From an uncultured Acidimicrobiaceae bacterium (GTDB lineage Bacteria; Actinomycetota; Acidimicrobiia; Acidimicrobiales; Bog-793): a stretch of DNA of 64,000 nucleotides. Location of the stretch: the NCBI GenBank assembly GCA_963823945.1, contig CAWGNK010000005.1:22452-86451 (forward strand), written 5' to 3'. Below are positions 1 through 8,978 of this stretch, in pieces; position 1 is the stretch's first letter, and the number at the start of each line of letters is the position of its first letter. The notes below the pieces were generated by a model, which saw only the letters and a program-made list of their open reading frames with translations, made no database searches and was not told where the DNA came from. The position numbers were made by a program, and so were the translations under genes.

Positions 1-120
1 GGAGTCAGACCCGGCTCGGGCACTCACTTGAAACGCTGGTCGGTCAAGAAGAGACCGTCAACGTCCAGCGCGATCTTCGCTGCCGGGTCAGTACCGCGTC
101 GCCGCTCGAGGCAGTTGGGG

Positions 121-420
121 TCAGTCGCGGCCGCGGAGGAATGAAACGCGAAACGGTCTGAGCTCCCCACGGGCAAAGCCCTCGGCAATTGTCGGGTCGC
201 CGTTCATTACCTCCCTGGCCGACTGCTCGTCGTCGGCTTCGAACACGAGCACTCCGGTGTTCGTCTTCCCGAGGGTAGGTCCGGCCAGGATGAGGACACC
301 GTCCTTCGTCAGCTGCTGGAGACGGGCAGCATGGCGTCGCCAGACCTCCTCTTCGGCCTCGGTCAAAGTCTCGGCGAAGTCTTCTCGGGGAGGATGCAAG
401 AAGCAGATCCACTCAGCCAT
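121..420 (-). CDS. YciI-like (YCII domain) protein
   Basis: 99-aa ORF with a YciI-like pattern (VLILAGPT...GVLVFEADDEQSAREVMNGDPTIAEG). The overlapping 44..412 ORF is Arg/Pro-rich junk. Confidence 0.75.
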   Translation of the reverse strand: MAEWICFLHPPREDFAETLTEAEEEVWRRHAARLQQLTKDGVLILAGPTLGKTNTGVLVFEADDEQSAREVMNGDPTIAEGFARGELRPFRVSFLRGRD

Positions 421-500
421 CGACGAAGCATCGCGCGTCGAGTCCGAGTTCCTCTGAACGACGCGGGGTCGGTGTGGCAGTGTGGCACCTCGAGGATGTG

Positions 501-736
501 CGAGGCGCCCCCGACAGGACTCGAGCCCGCGACACGCGGTTCAGGATTCGGGCCGACAAGGTCCACCGGAACGAGTCCAGTCCGCTGCTCTGGCCGTTGC
601 GCGCCTGGCCGTCGACGGAGTCCTTTCAGAACAAGCGAGTGGCGCTCCGTAGATTCCCAAGAGATTCCCGACCGGTCAATCAAAGGTCAGCGTTCGACGC
701 GGTCGCTCAGTGGTCGCGGCCGCCCCGCCACGGCAC
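501..736. repeat. Degenerate att copy (tRNA-Arg 3' fragment) plus element-end homology, copy A
   Basis: Aligns without gaps to 2800-3035 at an offset of 2299. The first 47 bp match the tRNA-Arg 3' core at 41/47 positions. A 39-bp block is identical (643-681 = 2942-2980). Confidence 0.8.
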
Positions 737-871
737 ATGGATGACGCGTGGTACGTCGTTGTAACTGCACATCGTGGGGCACTTCTCGGAACACAAATCG
801 CCGATCCGGTCACTGACGACCGGCATGCCGCCCGACTGGCGTTCGTTGGCCGCCGAGGATGAATGCCTCGG

Positions 872-1315
872 TCATTGGGTGGTTCCTTCCTGCGGGGCCA
901 GGGAGGCTTCAAGGATGATGTCTGATACCCCAGCCAAGGCCCTGCTCACAGGACAGCCCGCCTTGGCGGCCAGCGCTTTCTCCACGAACGTGGGCTCGTC
1001 GATGCCTGGTACCCGTCCCACCGTGACCAGCTCGATCTTGGTGATGGTCGGGGAACCATCGACGGGCCTCAGGGTGACCCTGGCGTCGGTGTGCACCGAG
1101 TCCGGTGGATGGCCTGCACTGGCTAGGAGGTTGGCAAGGGCCATCGAGAAGCAGGCGGCGTGTGCCGCCGCGATCAGCTGCTCCGGGTTGGACCCGGGTC
1201 CGTCCTCGAAACGGGACCTGTAGGTGTAGCCGCCGCTGATGGTGTCACCCGCGCTGAACGTGCCGGTACCAGTGGGCAGGTTGCCTTTCCACTCAGCGCT
1301 TCCCTTTGCCGGCAT
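872..1315 (-). CDS. osmC: OsmC/Ohr family peroxiredoxin
   Basis: 147 aa. OsmC-type N-terminus (AEWKGNL..GTGTF) and the conserved Cys contexts AAHAACFSMAL and KAGCPVSRAL. An AAGGAGG sits upstream of the ATG. Confidence 0.85.
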   Translation of the reverse strand: MPAKGSAEWKGNLPTGTGTFSAGDTISGGYTYRSRFEDGPGSNPEQLIAAAHAACFSMALANLLASAGHPPDSVHTDARVTLRPVDGSPTITKIELVTVGRVPGIDEPTFVEKALAAKAGCPVSRALAGVSDIILEASLAPQEGTTQ

Positions 1316-2607
1316 GAAGGCCTCCTTGGTGTGTTGTGGCTGCCGTATCGGTGGGAATCGCCCACTTTCAAGAGATGGACTGTTGACGACTCGCCCTCGG
1401 TGAAGGATCCGTCGGTCTCGCTCGTCCTCAGCACCCGGATGTAATGAGCCAACAACAGCTCACGCCCCCCTATTCCGGGGCGTGCAGAGGCGGCTTGCCA
1501 GCCCGTCGGGTCGGCGGGCGAAGCGGCGGGATCACAGGGATCGGGTGCCTGCGAGGTCCCGACCACAATGCCGGCGGAGCGTCGATCAGCGCGGGCGATG
1601 GCGTAGGCGGCCGCCTCGTAGTTGACCCGCCAACCCACGAAGTCAAGCCACGCTTCCTCGCTCGAGCGCTCGAGGGGAAAGTCCACTCTGGCCAGGCGGT
1701 CGGTGGCGTCGACGAATTCCTCGAAGGTGAGGACGATGCCGTCGTTTGGGTCGGCCTCATCGGGGATCGCGAAACCACGGGCCCGGGCGATGGCCGTCAG
1801 GCACGTGAAGCCGCCACGGAGGCACAGCCGGGCCGACACTGCACTAGGAGCGTCGGGCAGCAGCGACAGATAGAGCGCGGCCGCGTCGAGCACGGCCAGT
1901 TGTGCAGTCACCCAGGAGGAAAGCGCTCGCGGGGAGCGGAAGTTGACCAGGGTCAGGTAGGTGGTGTGACTCTCGGCCACATCGGCTGACCAGCGTTCCC
2001 ACTCCTCGAACAACTCTGGCAGCTCGTCCACGGCCGAGACACCGGTACCCAACCCGTAGTGGGTGCGGGCCAGTAGTTCCGGACCCCAAGAAGGCACCCC
2101 GGCTCGGGAGTCCAGCAACGTCACGAGCGCTTCGCGCCGGTTGAAGGCGGCGTAGAGCGTGGGGAGGTAGCCGATCTGGAGGGCCACGGTGCCCAGACCG
2201 GAGAGGGCGGCGAGGGAGTCCAGTGCTGCCACAGGGCTGGAACGAGGCGCCAGGTAACCGAGCGTGCACAGCGCGGACCCGGCCTGCTCCAAGGCGCCGG
2301 GCAGCCCCGCGGTGCCCATGAACGGCCACATCAGCAGCCCGAAGCCAACCTCAAAGACCGCCAGCCACGCGACGATCTGCAGGATGAGTTGAATCGGAGC
2401 CTCGGCGGCCAGAATCCGATCGCGCGGCTCGTAGGAGTCGAAGCGGTCGGCGACGAGATGGAAGGTCGTATCGACGGCGGTGGAGACGGTCCTGGGGAGC
2501 CGGCTGCGGATCCGGCGGGGGACGACGACCGTGCCGATCACGCTCCATCCAGTGGCGAGAATCAGGAACGCACCAACCACCGCCGCCAGGTCACGGCCGA
2601 CAACCAT
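1174..2607 (-). CDS. Hypothetical multi-pass membrane protein
   Basis: 477-aa ORF. The N-terminal half has several hydrophobic helices. The last ~100 codons are low-complexity and overlap the osmC start by 142 nt, so the 3' end is doubtful. Confidence 0.55.
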   Translation of the reverse strand: MVVGRDLAAVVGAFLILATGWSVIGTVVVPRRIRSRLPRTVSTAVDTTFHLVADRFDSYEPRDRILAAEAPIQLILQIVAWLAVFEVGFGLLMWPFMGTAGLPGALEQAGSALCTLGYLAPRSSPVAALDSLAALSGLGTVALQIGYLPTLYAAFNRREALVTLLDSRAGVPSWGPELLARTHYGLGTGVSAVDELPELFEEWERWSADVAESHTTYLTLVNFRSPRALSSWVTAQLAVLDAAALYLSLLPDAPSAVSARLCLRGGFTCLTAIARARGFAIPDEADPNDGIVLTFEEFVDATDRLARVDFPLERSSEEAWLDFVGWRVNYEAAAYAIARADRRSAGIVVGTSQAPDPCDPAASPADPTGWQAASARPGIGGRELLLAHYIRVLRTSETDGSFTEGESSTVHLLKVGDSHRYGSHNTPRRPSCRQREALSGKATCPLVPARSARVTPSAAATPTGPVSRTDPGPTRSS

Positions 2608-2799
2608 GCCTCAGCTTCCCATGGATCGTCTGAGTGGTGACGACGGTTTGGTCGAGCCCTGGTACCCCTAGCGGTTCGCCGATCACCGACAGCATCATCC
2701 GGCAATCTTGGACGGCGGCGCGGCATCCTGTTCCGATGAATGCGGAGGAGCAGCACCAGGTCAACGATCCTCGCGGTCGACTAGTCGACGCCTGACGCG

Positions 2800-3035
2800 A
2801 GAGGCGCCCCCGGCAGGACTCGAACCTGCGACACGCGGTTTAGGAATCGGGCCGAGAAGGTCCACCAAAACGAGTCGAGTCCGTTGAACTGGACCTTGAG
2901 GGAATGGCCGTCCACTGAGTCCGTTCAGCGCGAGCGAATGTCGCTCCGTAGATTCCCAAGAGATTCCCGACCGGTCAATCCAAGGTCAGCATTCGATGTG
3001 GTCGCTTAGTAGTCGCGGCTGCCCCCGACCGGCAC
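2800..3035. repeat. attR: 47-bp core (2800-2846) identical to the tRNA-Arg 3' part, plus element-end homology, copy B
   Basis: 2800-2846 is identical to 15982-16028 (47/47). 2847-3035 is homologous to 548-736. Confidence 0.9.
2951..2969 (+). promoter_or_regulatory. Candidate arm-type recombinase binding sites (GATTCCCA / GATTCCCG, 11-bp spacing)
   Basis: The same octamer pair recurs at 652-670 (copy A) and next to the integrase start at 15907-15926. It lies inside the 39-bp block that is identical between copies A and B. Confidence 0.5.
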
Positions 3036-3154
3036 CTCGGGGCGAGCCCGGCCAGGTTACGCGGGCCGCGTTCTGGGACAGCCACAGGGACGCGTAACGC
3101 CGATTACGCGTCCGGAGCGGGATCGGCGCGGTAATCGGATGGACGCGCGTTCGG

Positions 3155-3928
3155 TCACTGAGGCTTTCGTGGGCGATTCCGGCGCCAAGAGACAACTGAC
3201 TGGGCGAAGCCCACAGCCCCAAGGGCAGCTACGAACCACCCGAAGGGCGTTCCCATCGAGGCGAAGATCACTATGACGGCGATTCCAACGACCATGAAGC
3301 ATGGCATCAGCACTTTCATCGGTCGCGAGAGCCCCGGCAACTTGGCGACCGAAGGAGTCGATCGGCCCCAATTCCACAACGACCTAAGTTGTCCCGACAG
3401 TGCTCCAATCGCGCGACGTGGCACGGGGTCGATCAGCACCCCCCGTTGTTGAAGTTCTGCCAAGACGCGACCCTGGTCCCGACGCGTCCAGAAGTATGCG
3501 AGCTGGCCATCAGAGAGTTCGAAGCCAATGCCAGACGTCATGAAGCTGCCGCTGAGCAGGAATGCGGCGGTGATCTCGTGGAGTGGTGCCTCGAAGTCCG
3601 AGAACATAGCCCCGGCAAACGACCGAGGATCCATTCGCAGGGTGGCTTCGCCGATCGTCAGTACGACAAGAGGAACCGTCGCATTGAGCCGACCGCCGAG
3701 AGCGGAGGGCACGTTCATCCCGCCCACGAGCTCAGCTTTGTTGCCTGAGGCGACCTTGGGGGCCAATCCGCTGTGTGGGGGGGACGCATTTCCGGTCCAT
3801 GAAGCACCATCCCACCAGCGGTAAGGGGCGACACGCCACGGATCCGGGTACCAGCCCGGCGAGGCGGGATCGTTGGCTCCTGAGAGCACGCCGCTCACGT
3901 ATACAGATTGTCCCATCCGCGCTTCCAA
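3155..3928 (-). CDS. DUF2510-like membrane protein
   Basis: 257 aa. N-terminal GWYPDPW...YRWWDGASWTG motif typical of DUF2510, and two C-terminal hydrophobic helices. Confidence 0.6.
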   Translation of the reverse strand: MEARMGQSVYVSGVLSGANDPASPGWYPDPWRVAPYRWWDGASWTGNASPPHSGLAPKVASGNKAELVGGMNVPSALGGRLNATVPLVVLTIGEATLRMDPRSFAGAMFSDFEAPLHEITAAFLLSGSFMTSGIGFELSDGQLAYFWTRRDQGRVLAELQQRGVLIDPVPRRAIGALSGQLRSLWNWGRSTPSVAKLPGLSRPMKVLMPCFMVVGIAVIVIFASMGTPFGWFVAALGAVGFAQSVVSWRRNRPRKPQ

Positions 3929-4399
3929 CGCGGGGACTCGGAGCCGGTCCAGTCAAGCGCGGAACGACGGCTCGGGAACATGCGACCTGACCCATAACAC
4001 GCGGCGAGATCGCAGCGAGACCGTCTCAGATCGCCGTTCATGAAGGGGCGGGGCCGTGTCAAGGGACGACCCGGAGGCATCCTGTCGGTTGTTCTGGGAC
4101 AGTTCCGCGGATGCAAGTCGCCGAACCGGGCGCGGCGCTCGCGTCAACTGACGCGGGCACAAGGGCGTCGTTCTGTACCCTGGCACACCTCACCTAGCGG
4201 TAGCTCTGTGGGCCCGTGCAACGGCCAAGCGAGAAGGGTGACGTCATTGCCCACACCGGGCGCTCTCTGACTGGGACAAGGCCAATCCCGACACGGCCTA
4301 GGACCCGGAGCTGTTCGGACGGGGAATTCTGCCGAGACTCGCTCAGGTGAAGCTCTCCGGGATCGCCTAGGCGGCCTGGACGGAGTTGTTCTGGTCTAG

Positions 4400-5022
4400 C
4401 TGGTGGAACCCATTAGGGGCACTCGGGGCGTGGAGGGTCCGACGACAGTGACGATCGACGGGCGCCGAGGATGATCAAGGCGGTCGAGACGGTCTTCCCC
4501 TCCTCGGTCCGGATCCGCTGCTGGTTCCACCGTCACGCCAACATCCGGGCCAAGCTTCCCGACGACGAGGCGGCAGACGCGCTTGCCCACCTCTACTCCG
4601 TGCCGGACGCCCCCACCCTCGATGCTGCGCGGGCGGCGGCCGACGGCTTCGAGAACACCTACGGGAGGGCCTTCCCCGCGGCCGTTGTCTGCTTCGCGGA
4701 CGACCGGGAGGTGCCCCTTTCCGTTCACCGGGTCCTTGTGCGGTATCACATCCGGGTCCGCACGACCAACCTGGCCCAGCGCAGTTTGGAAGAGGAGGGC
4801 CGACGCACCAAGGTGGTCACCTGCTTCACGAGCGAGCGCTCGATGATGAAGCTCGCCTTCGCCACGATGATCCGCTCGGCCGAGCGCTGGTGCCGCGTCT
4901 CGGTGAACGACATCGAGCGCCAGCAGCTGAAAATGCTGCGGGCCGAGGTCGTGCTCGACCCGCCGCCGGCCGAGGACCACTCGACCGGACGCAGCAGAAC
5001 AGCAGAACACCGCGCGGCGTGA
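4400..5022 (+). pseudogene. IS256/Mutator-family transposase relic (C-terminal ~45 percent, frameshifted at its 5' edge)
   Basis: The 4471..5022 ORF reads AVETVFPSSVRIRCWFHRHANI...RTTNLAQRSLEE...ERW, which matches the C-terminal half of IS256 transposases. The preceding ..TVTIDGRRG piece is in another frame, and no N-terminal half is present. Confidence 0.7.
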
Positions 5023-5136
5023 GGCTCAGGCGCGGTCGTTTACAGGACGCTCAGCACTTGACCATCATTCATTCTATTGATTACCTGAAGCCCCGAGTGT
5101 ACGGTTCAACTGGAACCGACTTGGGGGAGGCGCGCG

Positions 5137-5838
5137 ATGCGCCTGCGAGCGGCAGTCGCGGCCTTGGGTGTGATCGCCGGAATCGTGGTGTGCAACGTCG
5201 GATTCTCGCCGGGTATTAGCTCGGCGACCGGCTCGACGTGCTGGAACTCGACGCTTCCTTGCTATGCCCGCGGAACGTTCAACGATGGCTCCGCTTGGGG
5301 CGGCGGATATGTCCAGACCGAAGTCGCGAACATGTCCGCTACCGAATCATCCTGGATCAACCAAGAGCTGTGGACCACAACGAACGGCAATTCGAATACT
5401 TACTGGGCTGAGATCGGTTACAGCGCTAACCAACCGTATTGCCGCGGAAACCAGCTGCGGTGGTTCTATTACTACCAAAACCCGAACGCGAGTTATGGCA
5501 CCTGTTTCGGGGGCAGCCCGTCAGTCGGCAGTTGGCATCAGCTTGAGATTCAGGAGGACACAAGCAGCGAGTGGTACATCTATCTCGACGGCAACGAAGT
5601 TGCGATTGATTCTGGCACGAGCGGCTGGAACTACAACGACTACACGGGTCTTGAGTATCACTACGGCACGTTCACGAATATGTACACCAACGGCTACTAT
5701 TCCTACAACGAAGTTAGAGGTACTGGCTGTTGCAGCTGGTACTACTGGGATGAAGGCGGAAGTGACGCAAAGTACCCGACCGATTACAACTGGATTTGGA
5801 CCTCAACTAATCCGTGGATTCACGGGTATAACACGTGA
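5137..5838 (+). CDS. Secreted Trp/Tyr/Asn-rich protein, possible ConA/LamG-like jelly-roll
   Basis: 233 aa with a signal-like N-terminus (AVAALGVIAGIVV). Motif WHQLEIQED..WYIYLDGNEV resembles lectin/LamG folds. Many A/T-ending codons, unlike the core genes. Confidence 0.65.
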   Translation: MRLRAAVAALGVIAGIVVCNVGFSPGISSATGSTCWNSTLPCYARGTFNDGSAWGGGYVQTEVANMSATESSWINQELWTTTNGNSNTYWAEIGYSANQPYCRGNQLRWFYYYQNPNASYGTCFGGSPSVGSWHQLEIQEDTSSEWYIYLDGNEVAIDSGTSGWNYNDYTGLEYHYGTFTNMYTNGYYSYNEVRGTGCCSWYYWDEGGSDAKYPTDYNWIWTSTNPWIHGYNT

Positions 5839-5847
5839 GGTATTGAG

Positions 5848-6444
5848 GTGGAACAGCGACGTCTGAAGCGAAGGTATTACCGCGAAGCACTGATGCTCGC
5901 CGCAATATTCACGGTCGCTGGAAGTGTCGCGGGGATTCTGACTCGCGGCAGCTCAGCTGGCGCGGGAAGTTCGGCGCCTTCGGCTGTCACACGCGCTCAA
6001 CCGTCCGGAACGACAGGCCCGTCATCATCACCGGTTCCTGCGCCGACGCCTTCTGTGAACACGATTCCGAGCTCGGAGCAAAGTCAGTACGTCGCGGGAC
6101 CGTTCATGAGCGAGAGTGCGATCGAGTCGATGGCTACACAGTTGGCGACTAGCGCAGATCCTGCGCCCGTGACCGTGATCTCCGCAAAGCTTGAAAGTGT
6201 CGCGGCAGCGAGCCAAGACGTTGGCTTGCGGGTGGCGAGCTTTTACACCGGCGACGATCGAATGGTGTGGCTCGTGTGGCTCGACGGCCAGTACGTGCCA
6301 AGCTGCATCACGAATCCGTGCCCAGCCCCGATCGATGGCGTTTACTTCATGGTGTTCGACGCAACGACTGGTGACAGCCTCGGAGTAGGGAGGGTTGTTA
6401 GTGCACCAGGCATGCCGAGCGCGGCGAGTATATCGAACGGTTGA
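5848..6444 (+). CDS. Membrane-anchored hypothetical protein
   Basis: 198 aa starting 10 nt after the previous stop. One N-terminal TM helix (LMLAAIFTVAGSVAGIL), a Ser/Pro-rich linker, then a globular C-terminal domain. Confidence 0.6.
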   Translation: MEQRRLKRRYYREALMLAAIFTVAGSVAGILTRGSSAGAGSSAPSAVTRAQPSGTTGPSSSPVPAPTPSVNTIPSSEQSQYVAGPFMSESAIESMATQLATSADPAPVTVISAKLESVAAASQDVGLRVASFYTGDDRMVWLVWLDGQYVPSCITNPCPAPIDGVYFMVFDATTGDSLGVGRVVSAPGMPSAASISNG

Positions 6445-6882
6445 GCGTTCGACCCACTTTGCGCACCCAAAGTTGAGGCCCGTCACATAGCTCGGGGGGA
6501 GAAAGATCCTCCGCGTGGATTCCTCGTTGACTGCGGCTGTCGAAAACTCGTCCGTCCTGGTTGTGCGATGCGCCAGTGCCAGCGAACGAGTCCGCCGAGG
6601 ATGTCGCTTCTCCGGACGTGAGCCGAATCGAAGTCCTGACGGGACTTCCGCGCGTCAACGGCGGCAAGCTGAAAAGTCGGCGATCGGCACTCCGTCGTCC
6701 CAGTGGCCGGAACCGTAGTTGTCGACGAGATCGAGAGCCTCTGTGAGCTCCTCGTGCAGGAGCGGAAAGGCACCAAAGAGCGCTCCGCAGGACGCGCAGC
6801 CGTTCGAGAGATAGGCGATGCCGGCTGTCCTCGAGTGACGCCGCCGTACCTGGCACCGACGGGATAGTTGTGACGCGCACAG

Positions 6883-7023
6883 TCAATCCTGCGGCGAGCC
6901 CACAGGCCCGATGGTAGGAAGGTTCCAAAGGGCTCTTGATACCTTGAACGGTTTCGGTGGCACCGGTAGGACGAAGTCTGCGGCAGGAGCACCTTGTTTG
7001 ATCGAAGTGGCGGTGGCGTCTGC
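6883..7023 (-). pseudogene. Displaced 3' end of the IS-split secreted-protein gene
   Basis: Joining 8979..9745 to 6883..7018 (one copy of the TCTGC duplication removed) gives an uninterrupted 903-nt, 301-codon frame ending ...TTGADATATSIKQGAPAADFVLPVPPKP...GSPQD*. Confidence 0.7.
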
Positions 7024-8978
7024 CCGGAGTTCAGCGTCTAACCCCCCGATTGAACGCTTCTCGAGACGGCCATAAACCGCTGATCAGGAAGTTCGCCTCG
7101 CCAGGTCCCTGGTCCGTCAGCGAAATGTAGGGGCGACATATACGTGATTGGCGCTGCAGTTTGCAGTATTGTTTTAGGTGATGTACGTGAAGCGGACGGT
7201 ACGCAAGCGAGGCGACAAGCGCTACACGTACCTGTCGCTCGTCGAAGCCGTGCGCTCAGGCGGCAAGAACACCCAGCGGGAGCTGTTCCGCTTGGGCGAG
7301 GTTGGTGAGCTCGAGCGGACCGGACAGCTCGACCGCATCGTCGCCGCGCTCTCGAGCTACACGACAAAGCACTGGATTGCGTCCGACGAGCTGGAGGGAG
7401 CGGGTGCTCCTTCCTATGGTGCCGTTGCGGCGGTCGCTTCTTACTTCGACCGCGTCGGTCTTCGCACCCACTTCGCAGCCCTCGGTGAGGGGCGGCGTCA
7501 CCAGCACCTCGCCGACACGGTGTTCGTGATGGTGGCGAACCGGCTCTTGGATCCCGCCTCCAAGCGCCACACCATTCTCGAATGGCTCTCCCAGGTCGCG
7601 CTGCCCGACGGTGTCTCCGCCCCGCTCCTCGACCAGTGCTACCGCGCCCTCGACGTGATCGCCGAGCAAAAGGAAGCGACCGAGGAGGTCCTCTACCGAC
7701 GGCTGACGGACCTGTCGAACCTCGACCTCCGCCTCGCCCTCTACGACTTGACCTCGACGTATTTCGAGACGAGCCGTGGGCCCTCCGAGGATTTCTCCTC
7801 CCGTGCCTACGGCTACAGCCGTGACAAGAGGGGCGACCGCCCCCAGGTCGTGATCGGCCTGCTCGTGACGGGCAACGGGATCCCGATCGCCCACTACGTC
7901 TTTCCCGGCAACACCCGGGACTCGACGACGCTTCAACAGGTGATGGCCGACTACCAAGCGCGCTTCGGCGTCGGTCGGATCGCGCTCGTCGCCGACCGGG
8001 GCCTCATTTCCGAGCAGAACCTCGCCGACGTCGCGGCAGCCGGCTTCGACCACGTGCTCGCCACACGACTCCACCACGACGGCGACGTCGCGGCAGTCCT
8101 CGAGCGCGCCGCAGCTGTCGGCGACAACACGTGGAGCGCGGTGCCGGGCTTTGCGGGAACGAAGGCCTTCGAGGTGAACCATGGCGGACGGCGATTCGTC
8201 GCGGTGTCATCAGCCGAGCGAAAGGCACACGACGATCGGCGACGCGAGGAGCTCCTCGTCCGGGTGGAGTCCAAGCTCATCACGCTCGCCGATCGCGTGC
8301 GGGCGGGAAAGCTCGTCGACCCGGCGAAGATCGGTGCCGCCGCGGACCGCATCCTGCGGGACTCGGGCGTCGGGCGGTGCTTTGCCGTGACGATCCGGCA
8401 CGGCGTCTTTTCCTGGCGCTTCGACGAGGAGGCGCTCTCCTACGAGGAGAAGCTCCTCGCCGGTCGCTACGTGCTCGTCACGTCGCTCAGCCCCAAGGAG
8501 GCGTCGGTGACCGACATCGTGCGGCACTACAAGATGCTCCAGAACGTCGAGCGCAGATTCCGCGTGATGAAGGACTTCCTCGGTCTTCGTCCCGTCCACC
8601 ACCGACTCGAGGAGCGTGTCCGCGCCCACATCGCCCTGTGCGTGATCGCCGCGGTGATCGAGGCGGTGATGGGCGACGATCTCGCAGCCGCTCAGCTGAA
8701 AGACCCCGATCTGCCCGAACAGACGATGACACCGCGCCGCGCCCTCGCCGAGCTCGGGAAGATCCGCCGGCACCACCTCCACGCCGGACGCGACATCGAG
8801 CTCGTCGACCGGCCCGACAAACTGCAGCGCCAGATCCTCGACGCGTTCCGGGTCGAGGACTCGACCTGGGGAAGAGCCAAACTCTCCTGAGCAGCCCCTA
8901 CGCGTGACGCGTAGGGGAAACAACTGTCTGTCGCGCCACCGCTACCAGCACATTCGCGAAACAGACGCTGAACTCCGG
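7024..8978 (+). mobile_element. Complete IS1634-family (IS4-like) insertion sequence, 1955 bp
   Basis: Perfect 16-bp terminal inverted repeats (CCGGAGTTCAGCGTCT at 7024-7039, reverse complement at 8963-8978). They are flanked by a 5-bp direct repeat TCTGC (7019-7023 / 8979-8983). A 10-bp-stem palindrome lies at 8895-8917, just after the transposase stop. Confidence 0.85.
7178..8890 (+). CDS. IS1634-family DDE transposase
   Basis: 570 aa. N-terminus MYVKRTVRKRGDKRYTYLSLVEAVR..GKNTQRELFRLGEV is typical of IS1634 transposases. The gene fills the IS between the inverted repeats. Confidence 0.85.
   Translation: MMYVKRTVRKRGDKRYTYLSLVEAVRSGGKNTQRELFRLGEVGELERTGQLDRIVAALSSYTTKHWIASDELEGAGAPSYGAVAAVASYFDRVGLRTHFAALGEGRRHQHLADTVFVMVANRLLDPASKRHTILEWLSQVALPDGVSAPLLDQCYRALDVIAEQKEATEEVLYRRLTDLSNLDLRLALYDLTSTYFETSRGPSEDFSSRAYGYSRDKRGDRPQVVIGLLVTGNGIPIAHYVFPGNTRDSTTLQQVMADYQARFGVGRIALVADRGLISEQNLADVAAAGFDHVLATRLHHDGDVAAVLERAAAVGDNTWSAVPGFAGTKAFEVNHGGRRFVAVSSAERKAHDDRRREELLVRVESKLITLADRVRAGKLVDPAKIGAAADRILRDSGVGRCFAVTIRHGVFSWRFDEEALSYEEKLLAGRYVLVTSLSPKEASVTDIVRHYKMLQNVERRFRVMKDFLGLRPVHHRLEERVRAHIALCVIAAVIEAVMGDDLAAAQLKDPDLPEQTMTPRRALAELGKIRRHHLHAGRDIELVDRPDKLQRQILDAFRVEDSTWGRAKLS

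Noticed and set aside
501-736. Possibility that the 236-bp repeats A and B are tmRNA or another tRNA-like RNA gene, because they begin with a T-arm/acceptor-like sequence.
   Set aside because: Only the 3' 47 nt resemble a tRNA, and that part is identical to the tRNA-Arg 3' end. There is no 5' acceptor strand, no resume codon or tag ORF, and no CCA context. An att duplication explains the repeats fully.
3929-4400. Short ORFs 3732..3995, 3895..4116, 3953..4186, 4040..4270 and 4396..5010.
   Set aside because: All are Arg/Pro/Ser-rich and mutually overlapping, with no signals. The region is probably decayed DNA next to the IS256 relic.
6685-6882. Minus-strand frame directly after the restored stop: ..RRCQV..GIAYLSNGCASCGALFGAFPLLHEELTEALDLVDNYGSGHWDDGVPIADFSACRR*, which is zinc-ribbon-like and protein-like.
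   Set aside because: The frame has no ATG, GTG or TTG start and there is no ribosome-binding site. It may be a gene relic, but I cannot support it as a functional CDS.
6398-6992. Track ORFs 6398..6928 and 6483..6992 (minus) and 6515..6746 (plus).
   Set aside because: The translations are Arg/Ser-rich and not protein-like. The region is better explained as the displaced 3' end of the IS-split gene (6883-7023) plus decayed sequence.
7127-8917. Initial guess that the IS ends at the GTAGGGGC / GCCCCTAC motifs (7127-7134, 8894-8901) and the 8895-8917 palindrome.
   Set aside because: Only about 8 bp match. The 16-bp perfect inverted repeats at 7024-7039 / 8963-8978, with a 5-bp target duplication and a restored host ORF, give a far better solution. 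The palindrome is internal to the IS.
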